Shown: positions 38,125-47,593, counted from the stretch's first letter. The stretch: DNA of 64,000 nucleotides from an uncultured Clostridia bacterium (GCA_944375715.1 CALWAP010000004.1:10970-74969); one strand, 5' to 3'. Numbers and translations: made by a program. Notes: a model not told the origin generated them from the letters alone.

Positions 38125-39351
38125 ATGAAAATTTGCGGTATAATATCCGAATATAATCCATTTCACAACGGCCACCTTTATCAGATAGAGGAAACAAGGA
38201 AGGCCCTGGGGGAAGACTGCGCCATCGTCTGCTGCATGTCGGGGGATTTTGTCCAAAGGGGACAGCCCGCCTTGGCCGATAAGCGCATAAGGGCGGCGGC
38301 GGCGGTCGCCTGCGGCGCCGATCTTGTATTGTCCCTGCCATTGAGGTACAGCCTTTCCTCGGCCCAGGGTTTTGCCGACGGGGCTGTGCATATCCTTCAC
38401 ATGGCGGGGGCTGGTTATCTTTCATTCGGGTGTGAGGACGAGCTTTCGGTGCTTTCTGAAGTAGCGCAGCTTATTTCCGAAAGGGAGCTTATTAAGGGAA
38501 CGGTTTATATGATGGAAAAAGGCATGTCCTTTGCCGCGGCCAGGGAGCGCCAGCTTTACGGCATGATAAAGGAGAAAGCTTTTGTCATATCAAAGCCCAA
38601 CAATATCCTGGCCATTGAGTATATAAGGGCGATAAATCAGCAGAATACGGGTATGGAGCCCTTGGGTATTCTGCGCAAGGGGGCGGGGCATGACAGCCCC
38701 GAGGCCCGTGACGGCATAGCTTCGGCTTCGGCCATAAGGGAAATGGCCCGAAGCGGCATTGAAAATGCCCGGGAATATATGCCCCGGCCTGCCTTTGAGA
38801 TATATGAAAAGGCCGAAAGTGAAGGCAGGCTTTTAAATAACTTTTCAAGGTTTGACTGCGCAGCCTGCGCCGTTCTGGGCGCCATGACCGAAAAAGCGTT
38901 CAAAGACCTGCCCGACATTTCCGAGGGTATAGAGAACCGCTTAATGTCGGCCGTTTCAAAGGGGCGGAGCCTTGAGGAAATATGCACCTTGACAAAAAGC
39001 AAAAGATATGCCCTTTCGAGGATAAGGCGGCTTGCAATGTGCGCCTTTTTAGGGATAAAAAGAAAGGAAAAGGCGCTGCCTTCATTTACAAGGGTGCTGG
39101 CCTTTAACGAAAAGGGGAGGAAGGTATTGTCGCAGCTTAAGGAGCGTGAGGATTTTTTCTTCATAACCAAGCCGGCTTTGGCAAAGCGCCTTCCGAAAGA
39201 GGTTTACGAGGAATACCTTCTGGAGGCAAAGGCTGCCGATGTCTTTGACATGGCCCTTGACGGCTATATGTCGCTGCAAAAGGGCAGGGAATGGACAAAA
39301 GGTCCCCTTTATTTTCCCGAAAACGGCGCCCTGCCCCTTGACAAGCTTTAA
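38125..39351 (+). CDS. tmcAL: tRNA(Met) cytidine acetate ligase (YlbM/TmcAL family nucleotidyltransferase)
   Basis: GIISEYNPFHNGH N-terminal HxGH motif, and YlbM-like length and layout. Confidence 0.8.
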   Translation: MKICGIISEYNPFHNGHLYQIEETRKALGEDCAIVCCMSGDFVQRGQPALADKRIRAAAAVACGADLVLSLPLRYSLSSAQGFADGAVHILHMAGAGYLSFGCEDELSVLSEVAQLISERELIKGTVYMMEKGMSFAAARERQLYGMIKEKAFVISKPNNILAIEYIRAINQQNTGMEPLGILRKGAGHDSPEARDGIASASAIREMARSGIENAREYMPRPAFEIYEKAESEGRLLNNFSRFDCAACAVLGAMTEKAFKDLPDISEGIENRLMSAVSKGRSLEEICTLTKSKRYALSRIRRLAMCAFLGIKRKEKALPSFTRVLAFNEKGRKVLSQLKEREDFFFITKPALAKRLPKEVYEEYLLEAKAADVFDMALDGYMSLQKGREWTKGPLYFPENGALPLDKL

Positions 39352-39366
39352 ACGGGCTGGTATAAT
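39338..39366 (+). promoter_or_regulatory. consensus sigma-A promoter for rplU-rpmA
   Basis: TTGACA, 17 nt, TATAAT. Both hexamers are perfect; the -35 lies inside the tmcAL 3' end. Confidence 0.75.
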
Positions 39367-39372
39367 TTTAAA

Positions 39373-39440
39373 GCCGCATTGAGTGGGTGCGCCTTCGGGC
39401 GCGCAAGCAGCGTTTGCTCACCCTAAGAGCGAGCCCATAA
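39373..39440 (+). promoter_or_regulatory. structured 5' leader of rplU (candidate L21 ribosomal-protein leader)
   Basis: About 70-nt leader with nested hairpins (GCGCC-ttcg-GGCGC inside GGGTG...CACCC). The position matches Firmicute L21 leaders. Confidence 0.45.
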
Positions 39441-39450
39441 TGAAGGAGAG

Positions 39451-39753
39451 GTGCAGAAAATGTACGCAGTAATAGTTACCGGCGGCAAGCAGTACAAGGT
39501 TTCCGAGGGCGACACCATCTATGTCGAGAAGCTCAATGCCGAGGACGGCGCCGAGGTAAGCTTTGAAACACTGATGACCGGCGATGAGGGCAAGGTCTCC
39601 ATCGGCAAGGGAAGCGTCAAGGGCAAGGTCGTCAAGACGGGCAAGCAGAAGAAGATCCTCGTCTTTAAGTTCAAGGCCAAGAAGAATTACAGAAGGCGTC
39701 AGGGCCACAGGCAGCCCTACACCAAGGTCGTCATCGAGAAGATCGAGGCCTAA
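39451..39753 (+). CDS. rplU: 50S ribosomal protein L21
   Basis: [19 protein letters not shown]-terminus. Confidence 0.97.
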   Translation: MQKMYAVIVTGGKQYKVSEGDTIYVEKLNAEDGAEVSFETLMTGDEGKVSIGKGSVKGKVVKTGKQKKILVFKFKAKKNYRRRQGHRQPYTKVVIEKIEA

Positions 39754-39806
39754 GTTTCGAAACATATCATTTGAGAATAAACACTATATTTCCGGAGGTG
39801 TAAGTT

Positions 39807-40064
39807 ATGGCTCATAAGAAAGGCGGCGGCTCGACAAAGAACGGCCGTGATTCCGAGGCCAAGCGTCTTGGCGTCAAGAGAGCTGACGGACAGTTTGTCC
39901 TGGCCGGCAATATCCTTGTCAGGCAGCGCGGGACAAAGATCCATCCCGGCCTGAACGTAGGCCGCGGCAGCGACGATACCCTTTTTGCCCTTGCAGACGG
40001 AAGCGTCCGTTACGAGAGGCTCGGCAAGGATCGCAAGAAGGTTTCGGTTTATCCCCAGCAGTAA
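39807..40064 (+). CDS. rpmA: 50S ribosomal protein L27 (no N-terminal propeptide)
   Basis: [25 protein letters not shown]-terminus. Confidence 0.97.
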   Translation: MAHKKGGGSTKNGRDSEAKRLGVKRADGQFVLAGNILVRQRGTKIHPGLNVGRGSDDTLFALADGSVRYERLGKDRKKVSVYPQQ

Positions 40065-40080
40065 AGAAAGAAAACATCTT

Positions 40081-40113
40081 CGGGAACGGGCTTAAGCCCG
40101 TTCCCGTTTTGTT
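40081..40113 (+). terminator. Rho-independent terminator after rpmA
   Basis: CGGGAACGGGC-ttaa-GCCCGTTCCCG, followed by TTTTGTTT. Confidence 0.85.
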
Positions 40114-40155
40114 TAAACAGTTACGATACGGGGGCACGGCCCCTACGGAGGACAA

Positions 40156-41430
40156 ATGTTTGTAGATCTTGCAAAAATAAAAATAAGATCGGGCAAGGGC
40201 GGCGACGGCAGGGTCTCCTTCCATCGTGAAAAGTATATTGCAGCCGGCGGCCCCGACGGCGGCGACGGCGGGAAAGGCGGGGATGTCGTATTCATAATTG
40301 ACGATAACCTTTCGACCCTCCTTGATTTCCGCATGAAAAGGAAGTTCAAGGCCGGCGACGGCGAGATGGGCGGCAATAAAAAAAGCTTTGGAAAGTCCGG
40401 AGCCGATGTTGTCATAAAGGTGCCAAGGGGCACCCTTATAAAGGATGCCGCGACAGGCAGCCTGATGTGCGATATGTCGGATGACACCCCCTTTATAGCC
40501 GCCAAAGGCGGGAAAGGCGGCTGGGGCAACACCCACTTTGCCACCCCCACCCGCCAGGCCCCCAGGTTTGCAAAACCCGGCCAGCCGGGAAAGGAAATGG
40601 AGCTTGTTTTGGAGCTCAAGCTGATAGCCGACGTCGGGCTTGTCGGGTTCCCCAACGTGGGCAAATCGACCCTTCTTTCGGTTTGTTCCGCCGCAAGGCC
40701 CAAGATAGCAAATTATCATTTTACGACCTTAAGCCCCAATCTGGGCGTCGTATATGTTGATGAAGGAGCTTCCTTTGTAATGGCCGACATACCCGGCATA
40801 ATCGAGGGCGCGGCTCAGGGAGCTGGGCTGGGGTACGATTTCCTGCGCCATATCGACAGGTGCAGGCTGCTGGTGCACATGATAGATGTGTCGGGCAGCG
40901 AGGACAGGGATCCCTGCGAGGATTTTGAAAAGATAAACTCCGAACTTAAGGAATACAGCCCCGAGCTTGCCCAAAGGCCCCAGATAGTAGTGGCAAATAA
41001 ATGTGATATACTGCCCGAGGGCAGCGATAACCTTGAAAGGCTCAAAAAGCTGTCGGAGGAAAGGGGGTACCTTTTCACCCAGATATCGGCGGCTGCGCAG
41101 ACGGGCGTAAGGGAGCTTGTGGCGCTGATTTACAGGGAGCTTTCAAAGCTGCCCGCCGTTTTGAAATATGAGCCCGATTATAAAGAGGAAGAGCTCCCGG
41201 CCCCCGGCCCCAGGGATATCTCCATCACTGTGGAAAACGGCGTATATATGGTGACAGGTGCATGGATAGACAAGATAGTGTCGTCGGTCAATTTCGACGA
41301 TTATGAGTCAAGGATGTATCTTGAAAGGGTCCTGAGAAAGGCCGGCGTTTTTGACATGCTGGAAGAGGCCGGCATTGAGGAACGCGATACGGTCAATGTG
41401 GCCGGCATAGAGTTTGAATATATTTATTAG
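40156..41430 (+). CDS. obg: GTPase Obg
   Basis: Gly-rich Obg fold (GGDGGKGG), G1 GFPNVGKST, NKCD, and a C-terminal OCT domain. Confidence 0.95.
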   Translation: MFVDLAKIKIRSGKGGDGRVSFHREKYIAAGGPDGGDGGKGGDVVFIIDDNLSTLLDFRMKRKFKAGDGEMGGNKKSFGKSGADVVIKVPRGTLIKDAATGSLMCDMSDDTPFIAAKGGKGGWGNTHFATPTRQAPRFAKPGQPGKEMELVLELKLIADVGLVGFPNVGKSTLLSVCSAARPKIANYHFTTLSPNLGVVYVDEGASFVMADIPGIIEGAAQGAGLGYDFLRHIDRCRLLVHMIDVSGSEDRDPCEDFEKINSELKEYSPELAQRPQIVVANKCDILPEGSDNLERLKKLSEERGYLFTQISAAAQTGVRELVALIYRELSKLPAVLKYEPDYKEEELPAPGPRDISITVENGVYMVTGAWIDKIVSSVNFDDYESRMYLERVLRKAGVFDMLEEAGIEERDTVNVAGIEFEYIY

Positions 41431-41433
41431 GAA

Positions 41434-41467
41434 AAAAGGGTTTTCGCCTGGGCGAAAACCCTTTTTG
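41434..41467 (+). terminator. Rho-independent terminator after obg
   Basis: GGGTTTTCGC-ctgg-GCGAAAACCC, followed by TTTTT. Confidence 0.85.
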
Positions 41468-41537
41468 TTGCTTTTTAAGAGAAATTACTATAAAATATAA
41501 ACATGCAGGCGAAATCGGCGGAAGGGAGGCGGCCGTT

Positions 41538-42047
41538 TTGAAGATCATTGAGATATGGGATGAAAAGGATTACGACCCCTCCTGGCGCAGGTTTGTACGC
41601 AGGGCTTCAAGGGCGGTCGTCATCAAAGGCGGCAGGGTCGCTATGGTCAAAAGCACGGTTCAGGGCTTTTACAAGTTTCCGGGTGGCGGAGTAAAAAAGG
41701 GCGAAAGCAGGATAGCGGCTTTGGTCAGGGAGGCCAGGGAGGAAGCTGGTCTGGCCATAATAAGGCCCAGCATAAGGGAGCTGGGAATGCTTTGGGAAAT
41801 ACGCAAAAGCCGCTTTGAAAGGGAAATATTCGACCACAGGTCTTATTATTATTTTGCCAAGGCAAAAAGCAGGATAGTGCCTCAGCAGCTTGAAAAATAC
41901 GAAAAGGCCCTGGGATTTGTCCTGGAGTTTGTCGATCCGGAAGAAGCGTTTGAAAATAACATGCGGCTTTTCGGCGACAAACCGGGAAGCTTCATAATGC
42001 ACGAGTCAAGGATACTGCGGGAAATAATCGAAAAAAGGACAAAATAA
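41538..42047 (+). CDS. NUDIX hydrolase
   Basis: Nudix box GGGVKKGESRIAALVREAREEAGL. TTG start with a GGGAGG RBS. Confidence 0.8.
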   Translation: MKIIEIWDEKDYDPSWRRFVRRASRAVVIKGGRVAMVKSTVQGFYKFPGGGVKKGESRIAALVREAREEAGLAIIRPSIRELGMLWEIRKSRFEREIFDHRSYYYFAKAKSRIVPQQLEKYEKALGFVLEFVDPEEAFENNMRLFGDKPGSFIMHESRILREIIEKRTK

Positions 42048-42084
42048 AAGAAGCTCACCCGTTTTCATCGGGTGAGCTTCTTTT
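42047..42084. terminator. bidirectional terminator
   Basis: Perfect 15-bp stem AAAGAAGCTCACCCG-ttttcat-CGGGTGAGCTTCTTT. Confidence 0.8.
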
Positions 42085-42286
42085 AAAGCTTGAAATCTTT
42101 TTCGGAAAAGGCCTTGACAAAGGCGGGGGAAGAAGGCTTGCGCATAAGGGGATCGTATTTGAATGCGCGGCAGGAGTCGGTAAGCCCCATGGGCCCTTTT
42201 TTGCGGCACAGCATGGTCTCGTCATCTATGGGTACGGCGTTTTCGCACAGCGCGCAGACGGGTTTTATATCCTTGCCGTAAATCAT
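42083..42286 (-). CDS. small 4-Cys protein (67 aa), unknown function
   Basis: MIYGKDIKPVCALCENA...MLCRKKGPMGLTDSCRAF, with CxxC plus two further Cys. GGGGTGA RBS. Upstream of ylbJ on the same strand. Confidence 0.5.
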   Translation of the reverse strand: MIYGKDIKPVCALCENAVPIDDETMLCRKKGPMGLTDSCRAFKYDPLMRKPSSPAFVKAFSEKDFKL

Positions 42287-42371
42287 ATTCTGTTTCACCC
42301 CTTTTGCCTTGATATTGAAATTATAATATCTCAAAGGCTTTTTGACAACCGGAAAAGAACGACAATAAACC

Positions 42372-43496
42372 TCATTTCTTTTTCCTGTCGGGCATGGAAA
42401 GCAGCACCGTCAGAAGGAATGCGGCCAAAAGGTAAAGAGACATAAGCGCCATAAAATAAGCCGGGCTTGCTATGTATGTACCGTCGGTATAGACGCTCAG
42501 GCAGGCGGCCGTGCCGGCCATGGGCAGGGCGGCGAAGTAGCACAATACCGCCGAAAGTACGCCGTGCAGCAGCTTGCCTTTGATATAGGGCAGAAGGCTT
42601 ACGGGCCTTGAGCCGCGCAGCGCCGCAGTCTGGCAGTGGACCGATATGCCGCCCCAGCCTGTGAAGAAGGCGCAGAAAGCCATGGCTTTTGGGAAGGAAA
42701 GGGTGCTTATGGAGGAAAGGGCCGCCGTTCCTCCCGTCATTTCCAAAAGTCCGTGGACAAAGGCCTGGGAAAGCCCGTTTTCCTTAAATGGCAGGGAAGA
42801 GGCTATGGCGGAGGTGATGCCACAGCGGCTTAAAAAGGCTGTAAAGCAGGAAAAGAATATGACAAAGGCGCAGACATCGAGCATGGATGCAAAAGAGCTT
42901 TTGACGGCGCCGGGCAGCGCCGAGTAAAGAGGCAGGCCGGGGGTGCTTTCCCTGTGTGACTTGACCGTTTTGTTTTTTGAAAAAAGCCCGCTCAGCATGC
43001 CGAGGGCCAAAGCCGAAAGTACATGGCAGAGATAAAGAAGTGCTCCCGCTTTCACGCTGCCGAACATGGAAGCGCCTATGACCGAAAATATAAAAGCGGG
43101 GCCGCAGTTGCTGCAGAAGGAAAGCAGCCTTTGGCACTGCCTTGCATCGCAAAGGCCTTTATCGTAAAGTTCAAACGCCGTCTTTGCCCCTGTCGGATAT
43201 CCTCCGACAAGGCCCAATATGACAGCGGCAGAACATTCGCCCGGCAGGGCGAAAAGGCGGGACATAAGGGGCGCAAAGGCTTTTGAAAGCTTTTGCGCCA
43301 TGCCTGTGGAGATGACAAGTGAGGATAAAACAAAAAAAGGAAACATGGAGGGGATAAGCATCGTCAGGCACATGAAAAGTCCGTCCGAGGCGGCTTTTGA
43401 CATTTCGGGGGCGAATAGGATAAGCCCCATGCCGAATAAAGTTATAAGGAAATAGGTGGCGGCTGTTGCCAGGCGTGAAAGAATTGGTCTGTCCAT
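42372..43496 (-). CDS. ylbJ: sporulation integral membrane protein YlbJ-like (nucleoside-recognition/Gate domains)
   Basis: About 10 TM helices, 374 aa. The layout recalls YlbJ, and the context is sporulation (divergent from yqfC-yqfD). Confidence 0.55.
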   Translation of the reverse strand: MDRPILSRLATAATYFLITLFGMGLILFAPEMSKAASDGLFMCLTMLIPSMFPFFVLSSLVISTGMAQKLSKAFAPLMSRLFALPGECSAAVILGLVGGYPTGAKTAFELYDKGLCDARQCQRLLSFCSNCGPAFIFSVIGASMFGSVKAGALLYLCHVLSALALGMLSGLFSKNKTVKSHRESTPGLPLYSALPGAVKSSFASMLDVCAFVIFFSCFTAFLSRCGITSAIASSLPFKENGLSQAFVHGLLEMTGGTAALSSISTLSFPKAMAFCAFFTGWGGISVHCQTAALRGSRPVSLLPYIKGKLLHGVLSAVLCYFAALPMAGTAACLSVYTDGTYIASPAYFMALMSLYLLAAFLLTVLLSMPDRKKK

Positions 43497-43558
43497 GGTA
43501 TACGCTCCTTAAAAAAGACTTGCTAAATATATATTCGGTTTTCGGGAGGTAATGACTT

Positions 43559-43840
43559 TTGAAAGACGGCATGGTCAGAAAATCACTTTACGGTACGGCC
43601 GAAAAGCTGGATCTTTGGGGGTTCGGAAGCTTCGGCATGCCGAGGATAGAGCTGGATGGCGACAGGCATATGACGATAGAGCAGCACGACGGCATACTTG
43701 AATATGGCCCCGAAAGGATAAAGGTGACGGCTTCGGAAATGGAGATAACTGTTGAGGGCATGGGGCTGGAAATAGCCGCCATGGAAAAGGGCAGCCTTGA
43801 GATAAAAGGGCAGATCGCCTCGGTGGGATTTGCGAGGTAA
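43559..43840 (+). CDS. yqfC: sporulation protein YqfC
   Basis: About 93 aa, with IELDGDRHMTIEQHDGILEYGPERIKV...LEIKGQI, typical of YqfC. Directly precedes yqfD. Confidence 0.8.
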   Translation: MKDGMVRKSLYGTAEKLDLWGFGSFGMPRIELDGDRHMTIEQHDGILEYGPERIKVTASEMEITVEGMGLEIAAMEKGSLEIKGQIASVGFAR

Positions 43841-43843
43841 TAT

Positions 43844-45040
43844 ATGGCGGTAATATGGTTTTTAAGGTTCCTTCGCGGATATGTGACGATAGACATAACA
43901 TCGGCTTTTACCGAAAGATTTCTCAATATGTGCTGGGCAAGGCAGATAAAGCTCTGGGACATAATAAGGATGTCGGAGGATACCGTAAGGGTGTGTATGC
44001 TGAAAAGCGATTTTAAGGAAGCGTCGAGCTTTTTTGAAAAATGCATGTGCACCGTGTCTGTCGTAGGTGAAAAGGGCGCGCTTAAAAGCCTGGCCCCCTT
44101 TTCCAAAAGATATTTTCTTGTTGCGGCAGCGGCTTTGTGTATGGGCGCGTGTTACATGTCCACGCTTTTTCTTTGGAAGATAGATATAAACGGCTGCGAA
44201 AATATTTCGGAATGGGAAATATACAGGCAGCTTTCGGACCTGGGGCTTAAAAGGGGTAAGCTTTTGTCGGCGATAGATACAAAGGATATAAGGCTGGAGT
44301 TTATGACGCTGAGGGACGATATTTCATATATTACCATCAATTTCAAAGGCACCAGGGCGCAGGTCGACATAACCGAAAAAAAGCCTCAGGATGACATCGA
44401 CATTTTAGGTGACCCCTGCGACATAGTCAGCGACAAGGCGGGGATCATACTCAATATAATAGCGATGGAAGGGACCAAGGCGGCAAACGAGGGAGATACC
44501 GTCATACCAGGGGATCTTCTTGTTTCGGGTACAGTGGAAAAAGAGGACGGATCCTTTGAAAAGGTCGCCGCATCGGCCGAGGTCAGCCTTCGCACATGGA
44601 GGGAGATATCCTTCGCCATGAGCACAGAGGTTTACGGCCTTAAACCTACGGGGGAAAAGAAGACGTTTTACAGCATAGCCTTCGGGGAAAGGCTCCAGCC
44701 GCTGTATTTTATTGAAAAAAGCCCATATGCGTGTTATTATAAAACCAGCGAAAGGATCACTCCCGGCGACGATATGGGGCTCGATCTGCCCTTCGCCCTT
44801 ATAAAGGAAACCTATTATGAATGCGAAAAAGAGCTTTTGGAGCTTTCGGAAGATGCCTGCGCGGATATACTCAGATCCGAGTGCCGGAAAAGCCTTGAAA
44901 GCCTCGGCGTAAAAAAGGTGGTTTCCGAATCCTTTGCCTTTGAGGGCGGGAAGGCTTTTAAGGGTGTTCTGTCGGCCGAATGCGTTGAGAACGCGGGGGT
45001 GCCTTTGAAAACAAACCAGGAAATTACAGGAGAAGAATAG
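43844..45040 (+). CDS. yqfD: sporulation protein YqfD
   Basis: FLRGYVTI N-terminus, a central TM helix, 398 aa. Conserved yqfC-yqfD-phoH order. Confidence 0.8.
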   Translation: MAVIWFLRFLRGYVTIDITSAFTERFLNMCWARQIKLWDIIRMSEDTVRVCMLKSDFKEASSFFEKCMCTVSVVGEKGALKSLAPFSKRYFLVAAAALCMGACYMSTLFLWKIDINGCENISEWEIYRQLSDLGLKRGKLLSAIDTKDIRLEFMTLRDDISYITINFKGTRAQVDITEKKPQDDIDILGDPCDIVSDKAGIILNIIAMEGTKAANEGDTVIPGDLLVSGTVEKEDGSFEKVAASAEVSLRTWREISFAMSTEVYGLKPTGEKKTFYSIAFGERLQPLYFIEKSPYACYYKTSERITPGDDMGLDLPFALIKETYYECEKELLELSEDACADILRSECRKSLESLGVKKVVSESFAFEGGKAFKGVLSAECVENAGVPLKTNQEITGEE

Positions 45041-46048
45041 ATGACCGAAATGACAGTCAGCGTTGAAAGGGTCGAGCAGATAATCAACCTGTTCGGCTCC
45101 TTTGACGAGAATGTAAAGCTTATTGAAAAGGAATACGGGGTCAGGGTGACAAACAGGGATGCCGACCTTAAAATATCGGGCGAGGACCCGGAAAAGGTCA
45201 TGCAGGCCCGCAGCGCCGTAAATGCGCTTTTGAGCCTTGCGTCCAGAGGGGAGCAGATATCCTCTCAGAATGTCAATTATGTCATGTCGCTGGTGCGGGA
45301 CGGGCAGCAGGGCGAGATAGAAAAGATGGGCAAGGGCGTTATCTGCGTGACCGTCAGGGGCAAGCAGATAAAGGCCAAGACCCTGGGGCAGCAAAAATAT
45401 GTCGATGCCATAAACGGCAATATCGTTACCTTGGGCGTCGGGCCGGCGGGCACGGGCAAGACCTACCTTGCCGTGGCCTGTGCGGTGGCGGCTTTCAGGG
45501 AAAAGACGGTCAACAAGATAATTCTGACCCGCCCCGCCGTCGAGGCCGGCGAAAAGCTGGGATTTTTGCCCGGCGATCTGCAAAACAAGGTAGACCCCTA
45601 TTTAAGGCCGCTTTATGACGCCCTTTTCGATATGTTCGGGCCCGAGGCTTACCACAGGTATCTGGAAAAGGGAAATATTGAGGTGGCCCCCCTGGCCTAT
45701 ATGAGGGGCAGGACGCTGGATGATGCTTTTATAATACTTGATGAGGCCCAGAACACCACGCCCGAACAGATGAAGATGTTCCTTACGAGGATCGGTTTCG
45801 GCTCAAAGGCGGTCATAACGGGCGATATAACCCAGATAGACCTGCCCACGGGCAAGACCAGCGGACTTAAAGAGGCGATGAATGTATTGAAGGGCCTTGA
45901 GGATGTGGAAATCTGCATGCTTGACCACCGCGATGTCGTAAGGCACGAGCTGGTGGCCAGGATAATCAAGGCCTATGAAAAGCACGACAGGGACAAGCAG
46001 GCAAGGCTTGAGAGAAAGAGGAACTTCCGTGTCAAATCTAAAGATTAA
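45041..46048 (+). CDS. phoH: PhoH-family ATPase
   Basis: Walker A GPAGTGKTYLAV and FIILDEAQN. Confidence 0.92.
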   Translation: MTEMTVSVERVEQIINLFGSFDENVKLIEKEYGVRVTNRDADLKISGEDPEKVMQARSAVNALLSLASRGEQISSQNVNYVMSLVRDGQQGEIEKMGKGVICVTVRGKQIKAKTLGQQKYVDAINGNIVTLGVGPAGTGKTYLAVACAVAAFREKTVNKIILTRPAVEAGEKLGFLPGDLQNKVDPYLRPLYDALFDMFGPEAYHRYLEKGNIEVAPLAYMRGRTLDDAFIILDEAQNTTPEQMKMFLTRIGFGSKAVITGDITQIDLPTGKTSGLKEAMNVLKGLEDVEICMLDHRDVVRHELVARIIKAYEKHDRDKQARLERKRNFRVKSKD

Positions 46049-46526
46049 TATTTTCGGGAAAAGGGCCCTTCGGGACAAAGAGGCCGAAAGGCTTATAAAA
46101 AGGGCGGCAAAGGCGGCATATGAGAGCTTTTCGTACCCCTTTGAGGGCCAGGTCGATATCATGCTGACCGACGACGGCGGGATCAGGAAGATAAACCGGG
46201 AGGAACGGGATATTGACAGGGCCACCGATGTTCTGTCATTTCCCATGTGTGATTTTACCGAGGGCGAGCCGCCTGCGGAGCCGGAGTATGACCTGGACCC
46301 CGAAACCGGCATGATGCCCCTGGGCGATATGATAATTTCGGTGGAAAGGGCCAGGGACCAGGGGGAGGAATACGGACACGGCTTTGAGCGGGAGTGTGCT
46401 TACCTGACGGTGCACAGCATGCTTCACCTTCTGGGATACGACCATACGGATGAAGGCGGGATGAAAGCCCGCATGAGGAAAAAAGAAGAGGAAATAATGT
46501 CCCTGCTGGGGCTTGAGAGGAAGTAA
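46029..46526 (+). CDS. ybeY: rRNA maturation endoribonuclease YbeY
   Basis: Zinc motif HSMLHLLGYDH. GTG at 46029 with an AAGAGGA RBS is preferred over the longer ORF. Confidence 0.9.
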   Translation: MSNLKINIFGKRALRDKEAERLIKRAAKAAYESFSYPFEGQVDIMLTDDGGIRKINREERDIDRATDVLSFPMCDFTEGEPPAEPEYDLDPETGMMPLGDMIISVERARDQGEEYGHGFERECAYLTVHSMLHLLGYDHTDEGGMKARMRKKEEEIMSLLGLERK

Positions 46527-46527
46527 T

Positions 46528-47424
46528 ATGGCGGTAAGCAAAACAGGAGTATTTTCGGTGGTCGGCAGGCCCAATGTGGGCAAATCGACCCTTATGAACG
46601 CCCTTTGCGGATATAAGGTGGCGATAGTTTCGGACAAGCCCCAGACTACAAGGACAAGGATAACCGGCATACTGACGAAGGACGAATACCAGATGGTCTT
46701 TCTTGATACGCCGGGGCTGCACAAGCCGAAAAACAAGCTGGGGGACTATATGGTCAGGGTGGTAAACGACACAGTTTCCGACGTCGACACGGTGCTGTTT
46801 TTGGTCGAGCCGGTAAACAGGATAGGCATACCCGAAAGGCTGCTGCTGGATAAAATAAAAGAGTTCGAACTGCCCTGCATCCTTGTCATAAACAAGATAG
46901 ACACGGTAGAAAAGGAAAAGCTTCTGGAGGTAATATCCCTCTACGCCGCTGAATACGATTTCCTTGAAACGGTGCCCCTTTCGTCAAAAACGGGCGACGG
47001 GCTGGAGCTTTTGGAAAAGGCTCTCAGGGAGCAATGCTTCGATTCCCCCGCCCTTTTTCCCGAGGACATGGTTTCCGACCAGCCCGAAAGGCAGATAGCG
47101 GCTGAAATAATAAGGGAAAAGCTCCTTATGCTGCTTGATAAGGAGGTACCCCACGGCATTGCCGTCGAGATAGAGAAATTTTCCGAGAGGGAGGACGGCA
47201 TTACCGATATAAGCGCTGTTATTTACTGCGAAAAAAAGAGCCACAAGGGCATAATAATCGGTAAAAACGGCGCAATGCTCAAAAGGGTGGGGCAGCTGGC
47301 AAGAAGAGATATTGAAGATATGCTGGACTGCAAGGTCTTTTTGGAGCTTTGGGTCAAGGTCAAGGAGGATTGGCGCAACAGCGCGGGAACCCTTAGGAAC
47401 TTTGGCTATGAATATCAAAAATAA
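46528..47424 (+). CDS. era: GTPase Era
   Basis: GRPNVGKST, DTPG and NKID motifs and a C-terminal KH domain. ATG at 46528 after a GAGAGGAAG RBS. Confidence 0.95.
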   Translation: MAVSKTGVFSVVGRPNVGKSTLMNALCGYKVAIVSDKPQTTRTRITGILTKDEYQMVFLDTPGLHKPKNKLGDYMVRVVNDTVSDVDTVLFLVEPVNRIGIPERLLLDKIKEFELPCILVINKIDTVEKEKLLEVISLYAAEYDFLETVPLSSKTGDGLELLEKALREQCFDSPALFPEDMVSDQPERQIAAEIIREKLLMLLDKEVPHGIAVEIEKFSEREDGITDISAVIYCEKKSHKGIIIGKNGAMLKRVGQLARRDIEDMLDCKVFLELWVKVKEDWRNSAGTLRNFGYEYQK

Positions 47425-47488
47425 AACGGTAAAAATTGCAGGGATTATATAGGCGCTGTCCCGAAAAACTAATTTTGAGGTGAGCGTT

Positions 47489-47593
47489 TTGGGAGATCTC
47501 TGGCAGCTTTTTGAAAAGACCGGCCTGGTGCAGGCGTATATGCTTTATAAGAAGGCCGAGGAAGAGAAGCGGGAAGGCAACGGCCGCAAATGA
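47489..47593 (+). CDS. yqzL: YqzL-family small protein (34 aa), absent from the ORF track
   Basis: MGDLWQLFEKTGLVQAYMLYKKAEEEKREGNGRK. GAGGTGA RBS and a TTG start. It sits between era and recO as yqzL does in Bacillus subtilis. Its TGA overlaps the recO ATG (ATGA). Confidence 0.6.
   Translation: MGDLWQLFEKTGLVQAYMLYKKAEEEKREGNGRK

Noticed and set aside
44405-45583. 392-aa minus-strand ORF across yqfD and phoH.
   Set aside because: It is antisense to two conserved genes in a canonical operon, with no RBS or family signature. The same reasoning applies to the antisense ORFs at 2114..2878, 7792..8598, 30279..31169 and 39919..40719.
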